This document shows, piece by piece, positions 19,229-29,215 of a stretch of DNA of 64,000 bases. The notes under the pieces are model-generated. The model did not search any database. It saw nothing but the letters and a program-made list of their open reading frames with translations, and was not told the DNA's origin. Position numbers and translations under genes: made by a program. The number at the start of each line of letters is the position of its first letter. The stretch's first letter is position 1. Origin of the DNA: an uncultured Acidobacteriota bacterium (lineage in GTDB: Bacteria > Acidobacteriota > DATKUA01); the NCBI GenBank assembly GCA_964408025.1, contig CAYOXX010000002.1:97711-161710 (forward strand), written 5' to 3'.

Positions 19229-20593
19229 ATGAATTTCCGCGACCTCTCTTTCGTTGATGCTCCCATGATCAAGACACAGCCCCCCGGGCCTGTATCCAGG
19301 GAATATCTTGATTCCCAGTCCACCCATGAAGGTTCGGCTGTCTCGTATCCGCGAGGGATGCCGATGGCGCTCCGCAGAGCGAAAGGTGCAACCGTTGAGG
19401 ATGTCGACGGAAATCTCTTCATCGATTTCTTTAGTGGTGCCGGGGTCATAAACGTGGGCCACTCGAATCCGGATGTGATAGAGGCGGCTCACCGACAGAT
19501 CGATGAAATCACCCACGCCCTTGACTTCCCCACCCCTGCCAGGAAATCGCTGGTGGAGAAGCTCCTATCACTTCTGCCGGCCCCTCTGAACAAAGTCTTT
19601 TTCGGAGGGCCGACCGGATCTGACGCCGTGGAAGCGGCGATGAAGCTGGCGAAATATTACACGCGGCGCATCCCGATGATCTCCTTCGAGGGCGCCTATC
19701 ACGGCATGACTGCCGGCGCGCTCTCTCTAACCAGTGGTGACTGCTTTAGGGAAGATTTTCTTCCAGGCCTTCCAGAGGTTCACTTCGTTCCCTACCCCTA
19801 CTGCTACCGCTGCGCATTCGGGATGGAACCTGAAACGTGCGACCTGCACTGCGCCAAACACATCGACCACATTCTGGAAGACCCTCATTCCGGCGTGGCG
19901 AGGCCGGCAGCGGTTATTTTCGAAGCGATTCAAGGGGAGGGTGGTTCCATTATCCCGCCGGATCAGTTCGCACGGGAACTCAGGGAGATATGCGATCGAC
20001 ACGATCTCCTTTTGATAGTAGACGAAATCCAGGCCGGATTCTGCCGCACGGGCAGGACCTTTGCCTTTGAACACTACGGGATCGTGCCCGATATCGTCAC
20101 CATGAGCAAAGCATTGGGAGGCGCCGGCTTTCCGATATCCTGCATTGCATACAGAGAGAAGCTGGACAAATGGCCGGCCGGCAAGCACATCGGCACCTTC
20201 CGCGGCAACGTTGTGGCCTACGCAGCCGGAAGCGCGGCTATCGATTTCATGATTAAGAACAGCCTGGCAGAGTACGCTGCCGAAATGGGCGAATCGATGC
20301 TCTCCTGGCTAAAGGAGATAGAAAAGGATTCCAGAATCGTAGGGGAAGCTCGCGGAAAAGGGCTTATGCTTGGCCTTGAACTGGTGAAGGACAAGGAAAC
20401 AAAAGAGCCGGCCCCCGAACTGGCAAAGAAGGTAAGAACTATCTGTCACCGCCGCGGCCTGCTGATCGAGGTCGGTGGACACTATTTCAACGTTGCGCGC
20501 TTCCTCCCGCCCCTAGTCATCACTGAAAACCTGGCAAAGAAGGGGGTCGAGATAATAGCGGATTCGCTTAGGGAGGCTGAGAAATCGTTTTAG
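19229..20593 (+). CDS. Class III PLP-dependent aminotransferase (GabT / beta-alanine-pyruvate transaminase-like). Start trimmed to MNFRDLS
   Basis: Full-length AT-III fold motifs (DEIQAGFCRTGR, TMSKALGG). Confidence 0.8.
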   Translation: MNFRDLSFVDAPMIKTQPPGPVSREYLDSQSTHEGSAVSYPRGMPMALRRAKGATVEDVDGNLFIDFFSGAGVINVGHSNPDVIEAAHRQIDEITHALDFPTPARKSLVEKLLSLLPAPLNKVFFGGPTGSDAVEAAMKLAKYYTRRIPMISFEGAYHGMTAGALSLTSGDCFREDFLPGLPEVHFVPYPYCYRCAFGMEPETCDLHCAKHIDHILEDPHSGVARPAAVIFEAIQGEGGSIIPPDQFARELREICDRHDLLLIVDEIQAGFCRTGRTFAFEHYGIVPDIVTMSKALGGAGFPISCIAYREKLDKWPAGKHIGTFRGNVVAYAAGSAAIDFMIKNSLAEYAAEMGESMLSWLKEIEKDSRIVGEARGKGLMLGLELVKDKETKEPAPELAKKVRTICHRRGLLIEVGGHYFNVARFLPPLVITENLAKKGVEIIADSLREAEKSF

Positions 20594-20619
20594 ACCAATA
20601 ATGTATTTGTTGTGAGTAG

Positions 20620-22017
20620 GTGATGTTGAAACCGAAGACAACCCTTATCAGGGGCGGAACAATAGTTATCGGGCAGACTGTTTCTCAACAAGATCTTCTA
20701 ATTCAAGGGGAAAGGATTTCAGCTTTAGGTGACATGTCTGACCGCATGGCCGATGTCGAGGTAGACGCCACCGGCCTGCTAGTGCTGCCGGGGGCCGTCG
20801 ACACCCACGTCCACTTCAACGACGAATTCATGAACACGGTCAGCGTGCACGACTACTACACCGGCACCCTGGCTGCCGCTTACGGAGGCGTCACCAGCAT
20901 AGTTGACTTCTCCAACCAGGCTCCCGGCGAGCCTCTTTTAAGTACTGTCAAGCAGAAGAACAAAGAGGCCGCAGGCAACGCCCTCGTCGATTGGGGTGTG
21001 CATCCGGTTATTACGGAGCCGACGCCCCAAACACTGGCAGAAATTCCCTCGGTGGTCGAAGCGGGGGCGCCAACCATAAAGTGCTACATGACCTATCGCG
21101 ACGAGGGCCTCATGATCGAAGACGAGGATCTGAAGCGCATTCTATTTGTGCTAAAAGAGGCCGGCGGAATGCTGATGCTGCACGCGGAGGATGACGACAC
21201 AATAGGAATAAACGTACACAGGATGATCAAGGAGGGCCTCACCAAACCAATCTATCACGCCAGAAGCAGACCGCCCGAGACAGAGGTCAAGGCAATCCGC
21301 CGTTGCCTCAAGATGGTAAGAGAAACAGGAGGCAGACTGTTCATCGTCCACATGGCTACCGACGAAGGTGTTGACATTGTACGTGAGGCCCGGCTCGAAG
21401 GCCTTGATCTCTTTGCTGAGACGTGTACTCACTATCTAGTCTTCACCGATAAAATGTTGGAGCGCGATGACGGAATCAAGTGGATCTGCTCTCCTCCCCT
21501 TCGAAGCCAAGCAATACAAGATCGGCTCTGGGAAAGCATAAAGAACAGCAACATTTCGATGGTGACCTCCGACGACGCCGCCTACTCCTGGGAGGCCAAA
21601 CTTCATGGCGCCGACCGCTTTGACAAATGCCCAAACGGCATCCCGGGCATCGAACCCCGTCTAAGCATTCTCTACTCCGAAGGAGTGGCCGGAGGACGGA
21701 TCTCCTTGCCGCGGTTTATTGAGTTGATTTCTACAGCGCCGGCTACACTATTTGGCCTGACGCCGCAAAAAGGCAGCCTCAATCCCGGAGCCGATGCCGA
21801 TATCGTACTCTTCGATCCCGACGCGCAATGGGTCATGAGCCGGGAAACGCTGCACATGGCCAGTGACTGGTCCGCCTATGACGACATCGAAGTCACGGGT
21901 AAAATTAAGAAGGTGTTTTCTCGGGGGGAGCTGATTATCGACGAAGACCGCTGCCTGGCGGAAAGGGGGAGGGGCCGTTATCTGCACCGCAAACTCGACC
22001 TGTCTGCGGGCGCGTAA
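20620..22017 (+). CDS. Hydantoinase / dihydropyrimidinase (cyclic amidohydrolase)
   Basis: Metal-binding DTHVH motif and full-length similarity to D-hydantoinase/DHPase. Confidence 0.8.
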   Translation: MMLKPKTTLIRGGTIVIGQTVSQQDLLIQGERISALGDMSDRMADVEVDATGLLVLPGAVDTHVHFNDEFMNTVSVHDYYTGTLAAAYGGVTSIVDFSNQAPGEPLLSTVKQKNKEAAGNALVDWGVHPVITEPTPQTLAEIPSVVEAGAPTIKCYMTYRDEGLMIEDEDLKRILFVLKEAGGMLMLHAEDDDTIGINVHRMIKEGLTKPIYHARSRPPETEVKAIRRCLKMVRETGGRLFIVHMATDEGVDIVREARLEGLDLFAETCTHYLVFTDKMLERDDGIKWICSPPLRSQAIQDRLWESIKNSNISMVTSDDAAYSWEAKLHGADRFDKCPNGIPGIEPRLSILYSEGVAGGRISLPRFIELISTAPATLFGLTPQKGSLNPGADADIVLFDPDAQWVMSRETLHMASDWSAYDDIEVTGKIKKVFSRGELIIDEDRCLAERGRGRYLHRKLDLSAGA

Positions 22018-22057
22018 TAAACCTCGCGAGCGGGCTAAGTTCATCCAGGAGACTTAA

Positions 22058-23443
22058 ATGAACGGCGAAGGAAAGAAAGAATTCCCTATATTTTCAGGCG
22101 CCTCTCCAGAGCAGGTGGCTGAGGATCTAGAAACACTTGTTGATTTTCCGGATCAGGGGCTCCCGCTTGAAGAACTGTCCAAATTGATAGACGAACGGCT
22201 TCTTCCTCATCTGATGCGCTATGACCAGCCCGGATTCCAGTCGATGTTTAACTCGTTCCCGGAAGAGGGAGCGGAATTCGGGGCTAAGATTGCCCTCGCC
22301 TACAATCAGGGCGTAACCAACTGGCAGGTATCGCCGGGGGGAGCGATGCTGGAAGAGCTATGCTGCAGGGCTATCTGCAGGCTCTTCGGATTCGGACCTG
22401 ATTCCGATGCCACCTTCATGTACTGCGGCACCTATGCGAATCAGCTAGCCTTGTACCTGGCGCTCCATCGGAAAGCGGAGGGTGAGGGCTTCGACTTGGC
22501 CGAGAAGGGCCTGTGGGGGTTCCCCGACCCTCCCCGCTTGAAGGTTCTGACCTCTTGCGATGCGCACTTTTCCGTCAAACATGCCGTTCGCATGTTGGGG
22601 CTGGGCGAACGGAACCTGGTAACGCTGGCCGTGGATGGAAATCGGCGCATAGATGTCGAGCTGATCGAGGAATACATTAAGAAAACTCGAGAACTCGGTG
22701 ACCTCTTTTGCCTGGTCGCCACGGCAGGCACCACTTGTGCCGGCTCCGTGGATCCGATCCTCCCGATTGCAAAAATCTGCGACCAGCACAACATCTGGCT
22801 TCACGTGGACGGGGCTTACGGCCTGGCTTACAGCCTGGTTCCCGAATGGAAGCCGTTGTTCGCCGGAATCGAGCTTGCCGATTCGGTCTCCTGGGATCCG
22901 CACAAGCAACTAGGCATCCCCATACCAAATTCCCTGCTCTTCGTCCGCCGCAGGGAAGACTTCGGCAGGATGGCCTTGCACAGTAACTATTTCAATATAG
23001 CGGAAACCATCGAGCCAAACCCGGGATTGAAATCGCCCCCTTCCACCCGCCCACTTGCTGCCCTGCCTCTAGTGACCTCTTTGCGTTATCAGGGCATGGC
23101 CAAGGTGATTGAGAGGCTGCGTGCCCCGCTTGCCGCGATTAAAGCGACGGTTGAACATCTTGAAAAGGAGCCCGACATCGAACTCATGCACCGGCCCGAT
23201 ACGGGAATCTTCTGTTTTCGTGTAATCCCCGGAGGCGTGGAAGAGGACAGGTTGGATCAGTTGCAACGATATCTCTATGATACGATCATGGCTGAGGGGA
23301 AGCGGTCTATATCAGTAGCTGAATTTGATGGCAAGACTGTATTGAGGCTGCTGGCGATCTCACCATTTGTGACAAGCCGGGACTTGCTGGAAACCGTTTC
23401 TGAAGTGCGGGCTCTGGCACGTGTATATATAGCTTCCTATTGA
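22058..23443 (+). CDS. PLP-dependent group II amino-acid decarboxylase (Asp/Glu/Tyr decarboxylase family)
   Basis: Conserved SWDPHKQL region containing the PLP-binding Lys. Confidence 0.7.
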   Translation: MNGEGKKEFPIFSGASPEQVAEDLETLVDFPDQGLPLEELSKLIDERLLPHLMRYDQPGFQSMFNSFPEEGAEFGAKIALAYNQGVTNWQVSPGGAMLEELCCRAICRLFGFGPDSDATFMYCGTYANQLALYLALHRKAEGEGFDLAEKGLWGFPDPPRLKVLTSCDAHFSVKHAVRMLGLGERNLVTLAVDGNRRIDVELIEEYIKKTRELGDLFCLVATAGTTCAGSVDPILPIAKICDQHNIWLHVDGAYGLAYSLVPEWKPLFAGIELADSVSWDPHKQLGIPIPNSLLFVRRREDFGRMALHSNYFNIAETIEPNPGLKSPPSTRPLAALPLVTSLRYQGMAKVIERLRAPLAAIKATVEHLEKEPDIELMHRPDTGIFCFRVIPGGVEEDRLDQLQRYLYDTIMAEGKRSISVAEFDGKTVLRLLAISPFVTSRDLLETVSEVRALARVYIASY

Positions 23444-23517
23444 GTAAAGTACAAACCTTGTGACCACGACTCTCGCTTCTCATACTCAATAGATAGAGCG
23501 CGGGAGGTACTTGGCGC

Positions 23518-24927
23518 TTGCTGGAAAGTGTCCTGGACGGCGCTTCATACGTAAGCGGGGCCCTCTGGGGGCCCTGGACGCTGATTTTTATCGCTGCCGT
23601 TTCCGTTTTCCTGACGGCAAGATCCGGCTTCTTCCAGATAAGAAAACCCGGACTAATCTTGAGAGAAACTCTAGGGAAAATCTTTGAGCGGGGGGAATCC
23701 GCTAACAAGGGAAGAATGTCACCGTTCCAGGCGACGTCAACAGCTCTGGCCAGCACCGTTGGAATGGGAAACATCGCCGGGGTCGCCACAGCCATCTCCA
23801 TCGGAGGGCCGGGATCCATATTCTGGATGTGGCTCCTGGCTCTACTCGGGATGATGTCAAAAACCGCGGAGATTACACTCGCCGTCCACTACAGGGATGT
23901 CGACAAGGAAGGGCGTTTCCGTGGCGGACCCATGTATTACATCAAGAAAGGTTTGGGCTGGAAGCCACTGGCCATCGTATTCAGCTCCGGAGTACTCATA
24001 AATTCGTTGTTGAGTGCTTCCCTGCTCCAACCGCACACAGTCGGCAGGGCTCTCCTGTCCAGCTATAATTTCGATCCCTACATAGTCACCGGCCTGATGG
24101 CTGTCATCACTGCGATCGTAGTTTTCGGTGGAGTCAAAAGAATCGGCCAATTCTGCGAGAAGCTCGTGCCCCTCATGTCCCTTCTGTATATTTTGGGCGC
24201 GGTAACGATATTTGTCGTAAATTACGCAAAAATGCCAGAGGTGTTCGGTTCAATATTCATGTACGCTTTTGCGCCGGCCCCGGCTGCCGGCGGGGTGGCG
24301 GGAGTGGCGGTTGCTACGGCCATCCGAGAAGGTATGGCAAAGGGGATGCTGTCCAACGAAGCCGGCTGCGGAACCGCCCCGATGGTTCACGCGACAGCAG
24401 ATACGAAGCACCCCTTTCAGCAGGGCATGTGGGGAACATTTGAAGTCTTTGTAGATACGATCGTTATCTGCACCATAACTTCCTTCGTCGTCCTCTCGAC
24501 CGGAGTATTATCCAGCGGGGAATCCGGTATAGAGTTGGTTATACTTGCTTTCTCATCTGTGTTCCCTGAGGAAGTTGCGGGCACGATGCTCTCCTCCTGC
24601 ATCCTGACTTTCTGCCTGACGACCCAAATAGGTTTTTTTATTTACTATGAAACGGCATTGGTTAATGTATTCGGTAAAAAAGCTGTGAGATATCTGAAAT
24701 GGCTTTACCTGATTCCCGGAATACTATTTGCGGGATTTGCCGACGTCGACAGGCTATGGGTTTTCGCAAACATCGCTGTAGGCGTCTGCGCCATTCCGAA
24801 CCTAGTTGCTGTTCTGGCCCTGAGCGGGGTATTCTTTAAGTTAATGAAGGACTATTTGAACGACACGAACAAATACGCGACAAGGATTGTCGATTCTTCG
24901 AAGGAATATGTGCAAATAGCACAGTAA
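23518..24927 (+). CDS. Alanine/glycine:cation symporter (AGCS family)
   Basis: Polytopic membrane protein with AGCS signature regions. Confidence 0.8.
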   Translation: MLESVLDGASYVSGALWGPWTLIFIAAVSVFLTARSGFFQIRKPGLILRETLGKIFERGESANKGRMSPFQATSTALASTVGMGNIAGVATAISIGGPGSIFWMWLLALLGMMSKTAEITLAVHYRDVDKEGRFRGGPMYYIKKGLGWKPLAIVFSSGVLINSLLSASLLQPHTVGRALLSSYNFDPYIVTGLMAVITAIVVFGGVKRIGQFCEKLVPLMSLLYILGAVTIFVVNYAKMPEVFGSIFMYAFAPAPAAGGVAGVAVATAIREGMAKGMLSNEAGCGTAPMVHATADTKHPFQQGMWGTFEVFVDTIVICTITSFVVLSTGVLSSGESGIELVILAFSSVFPEEVAGTMLSSCILTFCLTTQIGFFIYYETALVNVFGKKAVRYLKWLYLIPGILFAGFADVDRLWVFANIAVGVCAIPNLVAVLALSGVFFKLMKDYLNDTNKYATRIVDSSKEYVQIAQ

Positions 24928-24970
24928 ATAATGTTTCCCATTGGAAGACATGGAAAGGATTTGTTAGTCT

Positions 24971-25438
24971 ATGGATAACAATAGAATGAGCAAAAAAATC
25001 GACAGGATCTCATTTCAACTCGGCATGATCAATTGCTTTGCAGAGATGGTGGCCTGTGGCGTGAAGAAACTTGCTATAAGTCCGCCGATCTCTCCCGAGG
25101 ATTATGAAGTAATTGGAAAGCTATCCAATAACATAGTAAAAGGGTTCGGCATACAGTCCTATTTGGAAAGATCCCTGCTGATAACTGATCTTCAGCCTGA
25201 AGAATTCACTGCAGATAAGTGGTCCATCCTCTACTACGAAAGTGAGGAGATCCTTGAGGAATATCTGGTCTTAAAGGAGAAAAAGCGGCAGCTTGAACGG
25301 TCGGGCCGGTACAATAGGGAGGCCGGAAGAGAGATGGCCAGGGCTTTCATGAGGCTTTTAAGCTATCCCGAGGACAAAACAGAAGAAAAGCTCTCCAAGG
25401 AGACCCCGTCATCCCCCTACATGCTTACTGACGATTAG
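24971..25438 (+). CDS. Hypothetical cytoplasmic protein
   Basis: 155-aa ORF with no recognised domain. It sits within the operon. Confidence 0.4.
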   Translation: MDNNRMSKKIDRISFQLGMINCFAEMVACGVKKLAISPPISPEDYEVIGKLSNNIVKGFGIQSYLERSLLITDLQPEEFTADKWSILYYESEEILEEYLVLKEKKRQLERSGRYNREAGREMARAFMRLLSYPEDKTEEKLSKETPSSPYMLTDD

Positions 25439-25442
25439 GAGT

Positions 25443-26144
25443 TTGGTTATGAGGATATTGATCATCAATCCCAACAGCGACGAAGAGATGACTAAGGCAA
25501 TTCAAAAAGCCGCCGACAATTTCGCCGGCGGGGATTTCGAAGCCGTATGCAAACCTACACCGGGAGCGCCCGCATTCATTGAAACCTACGAGGATCAAAT
25601 CAAGGCCGCGCCCGAAATGATTCGGCTAGTGAGGGAAAACGAAAAGAAGTTTAATGCCTTCGTGGTCGCCTGCCACTGCGACCCTAATCTCGATGCAATC
25701 AAGGAGATCACCAAGAGGCCTGTGGTCGGTATTGGCGAGGCATCGATGAAGATTGCCTCCATGCTGGGGCACCGCTTTTCAGTTGTTTCAAGCAGCAAGC
25801 ATTCCATTCCCAATAAAGAGGCCCTGGCAAGCAAATACGATCTTCAGGACATGCTTGCTTCGGTCAGAGCTCCCGCGGATGAAATGTCTGAATGCGACGA
25901 AGAAGAAAAGATCATGCGGGCCGCGCAATCGGCCATCGAGGAGGATATGGCGGAAGTGATTGTGCTGGGCTGCGCCGGGATGGCGGGACTGGATAAGCAA
26001 CTTCAGAAGAAACTCGGCGTTCCTGTTCTGGATGGAGTCGCTTGCGCCCTGATAATCGCGTCCGGCCTGGTTAAATATGGAGTCTCAACCAGCAATATCC
26101 GTAGGTACAACACTGAATACAAAATCCCTCCTGTGGGCGGTTGA
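25443..26144 (+). CDS. Asp/Glu/hydantoin racemase superfamily protein (hydantoin racemase-like)
   Basis: Two catalytic-position Cys residues (ACHC at about residue 77, GCAG at about 178), matching HyuE-type racemases. Confidence 0.7.
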   Translation: MVMRILIINPNSDEEMTKAIQKAADNFAGGDFEAVCKPTPGAPAFIETYEDQIKAAPEMIRLVRENEKKFNAFVVACHCDPNLDAIKEITKRPVVGIGEASMKIASMLGHRFSVVSSSKHSIPNKEALASKYDLQDMLASVRAPADEMSECDEEEKIMRAAQSAIEEDMAEVIVLGCAGMAGLDKQLQKKLGVPVLDGVACALIIASGLVKYGVSTSNIRRYNTEYKIPPVGG

Positions 26145-26207
26145 AACTATCGGTTTTTTCTCGAAGTGCGGGATCGTGAGCGCAACATTCATGGGAGATA
26201 GCTCGCT

Positions 26208-27401
26208 ATGAGAGAAAAGATAACTTCTATCGCAACGTCAATTCACGACGATCTCATAAACTTACTCCGCGACATGATCGCCATCCCCTCCTACAGCGGT
26301 AAGGAAGGAGCCGTTATCGAGCGAATGAAGCAAGAGATGCAGAACCTCGGTTACGACCAGGTTTGGGTCGACCCACTGGGGAATCTCTTGGGACGGATCG
26401 GTTCGGGAAACAAAGTGATCGCTATTGACGGCCACTGCGATACCGTCGGTGTCGGCAATCCGGAAACCTGGAAAGTCGATCCCTTTAAGGGCGATTATCG
26501 CGATGGAGTCATCTACGGACGGGGTGCATGCGACCAGAAAAGCGGCCTGGCATCGGCAATTTACGCCGGCAAAATCCTGAAAGAGGTCGGCATGCCCGAT
26601 TGCATTTCGGTTTTCGTCGTTGCCACGGTGCTCGAAGAGGACTTCGAAGGCCTCTGCTGGCAATACATCATTAATGAAGGCAGGATCGTGCCCGAGGCGG
26701 TCCTGATCACCGAGCCGACAGGCCTGGAGATCAAGATCGGTCAGCGCGGACGGATGGAAATTGAGGTGAAGACTGAGGGAATATCCTGCCACGGCTCCGC
26801 TCCCGAGCGCGGGAAAAATGCGATCTACTTAATCGCTCCAGTAATCCAGGAAATCGAGCGCCTTAACGAACGCCTGGAAAGCAAATCCGTGCTGGGAAAG
26901 GGTACCGTTACGGTAACCGATATCCGCTCCACCGCGCCTTCTCTTTGTGCCGTTCCCGACAGTGCCACCATTCACCTGGACAGGCGTCTGTCCGCCGGAG
27001 AGAAGCTGGAGACCGCCGTCAAGGAAGTGCAAGACCTTATTTCAGTTAAGACAGCCAAAGCAAAAATTTCGGTGCCTGAATATGAAATCAAGAGCTACAC
27101 CGGTCTCGCTTACCCAGCCAGAGCTTACTACCCTATGTGGTTGATGGACGAATCGGACCCCCTAATTCACACGGCAGCAGAGGCGCATAAAAAAATGTTC
27201 GGCGAAGAAGCAGACATTGGTGTTTGGGGGTTCTCTACTAACGGCGTGGTGACGAAGGGCGTTTATGATATCCCGACCATCGGATTCGGTCCGGGGAAAG
27301 AGGAACATGCCCACACGCCCGATGACCAGGTCCGCACGGACGATCTGTTAGCAGCTATGAACTTCTACGCTGCGTTCGTCCTGGAATGGGGAGAAGGATA
27401 G
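26208..27401 (+). CDS. M20 family amidohydrolase (N-carbamoyl-amino acid / beta-ureidopropionase / YgeY-like)
   Basis: M20 metal ligand motifs (IDGHCDTV, ACDQKSG). Confidence 0.75.
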   Translation: MREKITSIATSIHDDLINLLRDMIAIPSYSGKEGAVIERMKQEMQNLGYDQVWVDPLGNLLGRIGSGNKVIAIDGHCDTVGVGNPETWKVDPFKGDYRDGVIYGRGACDQKSGLASAIYAGKILKEVGMPDCISVFVVATVLEEDFEGLCWQYIINEGRIVPEAVLITEPTGLEIKIGQRGRMEIEVKTEGISCHGSAPERGKNAIYLIAPVIQEIERLNERLESKSVLGKGTVTVTDIRSTAPSLCAVPDSATIHLDRRLSAGEKLETAVKEVQDLISVKTAKAKISVPEYEIKSYTGLAYPARAYYPMWLMDESDPLIHTAAEAHKKMFGEEADIGVWGFSTNGVVTKGVYDIPTIGFGPGKEEHAHTPDDQVRTDDLLAAMNFYAAFVLEWGEG

Positions 27402-27717
27402 TACCATTTAAGGAAGAGCGGTTGAAAAAGTGTCCCACGAGCAGCCGCCAGAGCAAAACGCTGGCATCTCGTCCGGCGACGCCGTCTACCGTGCGATTCT
27501 ATCTTTCCAGAGACATCGGATTGAAAAAGAAAGACCGCCTAATAGTCAGCGCCCAGCTGCGGGCCGTGAAGCACCGTAAGAAGAGGACTATCAGGCTAAT
27601 GACAGCATTGCCCGAAGACGTTCACCCAGCCGCTTCGGACCCTAAAATGTAGCTACCATCTACACTCCACAGAGATTGCTTGTGTTTACCGGCTTGCCCT
27701 GGAGCTTCAAGGCTCCA

Positions 27718-27814
27718 CTGCCCCGGGACAAGAGCAACTTCGCTCTAAGATCAATAGCTGTAAAAGCGCCTTTAAAAGCGGAAAGAGTTAAAGGGGTGAG
27801 ATTTGCGGTGGGGG
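27718..27814 (+). repeat. Copy Y of the roughly 100-bp intergenic element
   Basis: Aligned with copies Z and X. Contains the exact 22-mer ggggtgagatttgcggtgggg. Confidence 0.55.
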
Positions 27815-28121
27815 CAAAGCCATTTAATGAGGTCTGGAGCAGGTGAGTATCCAGATGCTTCCTACTTCCAAATCGGCCAACCTTAAGAGGTGGTTGAGCC
27901 TCACGGCGGGAGTGAGTTCATCAACACGCGGCTAGCGTCAGATGCAGGGAGACAAAAGCCCCGTGTAGGAGCGGGAAACCTGTAAAATCCGCCTGCAGAG
28001 CGGAAAAAACCGGAAGGGGCAATCGGTTGAAACGAGGAGCTAAAACGATCCTGGAGAGCTCGAAATGCCCACTCAAATGATCAATAAATTAATGGCCTCT
28101 GATAAGCCGAATCAGAAGAGC

Positions 28122-28301
28122 CTATACTTCGCCTCTCTTCAGCATGCTCGCACAGCAGCACGATTTGTAGAAGAGGCTCATGATGGCCAAAATTATGGCG
28201 GCCACGATAACAACCCATTGAACCCAGGTTGCAGGCCACCAGAATATGGCCAACACGGCGATAACAGCAGCCAAAATAAACCGGCAGAAGCATATACTCA
28301 T
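28122..28301 (-). CDS. Small hydrophobic membrane protein (59 aa, two predicted TM helices, Cys-rich C-terminus)
   Basis: Strong Shine-Dalgarno AGGGAGGAGG lies 8 nt before the ATG. The antisense plus-strand ORF 28065..28322 is probably its shadow. Confidence 0.4.
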   Translation of the reverse strand: MSICFCRFILAAVIAVLAIFWWPATWVQWVVIVAAIILAIMSLFYKSCCCASMLKRGEV

Positions 28302-28635
28302 GGCACCAACCTCCTCCCTTAGAGTGTTTGCATAATAACATAAGAACACCAAAGGTCAAATTAAATAAACTTTATCTCCGAGCCTGATCCCGACCCCAGA
28401 AAACGAGTCCAGTTTTAATGCTAGTAAATTGTCGTCTACGACACTTGTTCTCCTCGATTTTCATTGGTATCTCAGGAACCTTAGAATATGCAATGCCGCG
28501 GTTCTGGAGTGGTAACCATTCCTCCCCCGCTCCGCTGCCTTGTGACATGAGCATCTCCGCTCCAAGAGCTGAAAGCTGCATTAACAAGAGACTATTGCCC
28601 TATCTGATCACAGAGGAAAGCTGAGCCTGACCTCG

Positions 28636-29043
28636 CTACTGCACCGTGAAGAACCTCTTGCTGTTCGCTTTGCGGCCATCGGGATTCGTGATTTCTACCC
28701 TGTACTGCCCCGAGGCGCCCACAGGGGCGTTCACTACGACCTCCAGGTATTTCTCGTTGAAGTAGAATTTCCTGATCGACACCGTGCCCGCAGTGGAGGG
28801 GGAGGTGCCGACGCTGACCAGCCGCGCTACGCAGCCGGGGAGAGCAAACCTGTGAGACACACTGACGGTGGTTTCGCCGCCGGCGCTTACTATCATTGGC
28901 ATGATCTGCTTCGGCTTGGGAGTTTTCGGCCTCGCCGTTCCGAAAAGGTATAGCTTGGTGCTGATCTGATCTGCCGGAAACGGGCTGTTTCCATTGAAAA
29001 TCGCTGTGAACCGCATCCTGCCGTCGCCGACAATCCCCTGCAT
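28636..29043 (-). CDS. Hypothetical beta-sandwich-like protein
   Basis: ORF on the same strand immediately downstream of 29216..29737. Its frame stays open upstream to 29220 but has no alternative start there. Confidence 0.4.
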   Translation of the reverse strand: MQGIVGDGRMRFTAIFNGNSPFPADQISTKLYLFGTARPKTPKPKQIMPMIVSAGGETTVSVSHRFALPGCVARLVSVGTSPSTAGTVSIRKFYFNEKYLEVVVNAPVGASGQYRVEITNPDGRKANSKRFFTVQ

Positions 29044-29215
29044 ATCAGGTTCTTCTTCACCCTCACCCTCGACGCTGAAAGCGCCCGTAGCCGGGTTGTA
29101 TACTCCCGTCAGAAGGCTGGTACCTGCCTCTAAGGTTTGCGGATTAATATAAACGACGTTGACTGTGATGCGGATGCCATCGACCAGAACAGCGACAAGC
29201 AGGTTTTCGGTAACA

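Noticed and set aside
27386-27652. 88-aa ORF overlapping the 3' end of the M20 gene
   Set aside because: It overlaps a well-supported gene, has low complexity and no RBS.
28065-28322. Plus-strand 85-aa ORF
   Set aside because: Hydrophilic N, Q, H and G-rich composition is expected for the antisense frame of a hydrophobic-protein gene. The minus-strand small membrane protein has the better Shine-Dalgarno. Kept only as an ambiguity in the findings.
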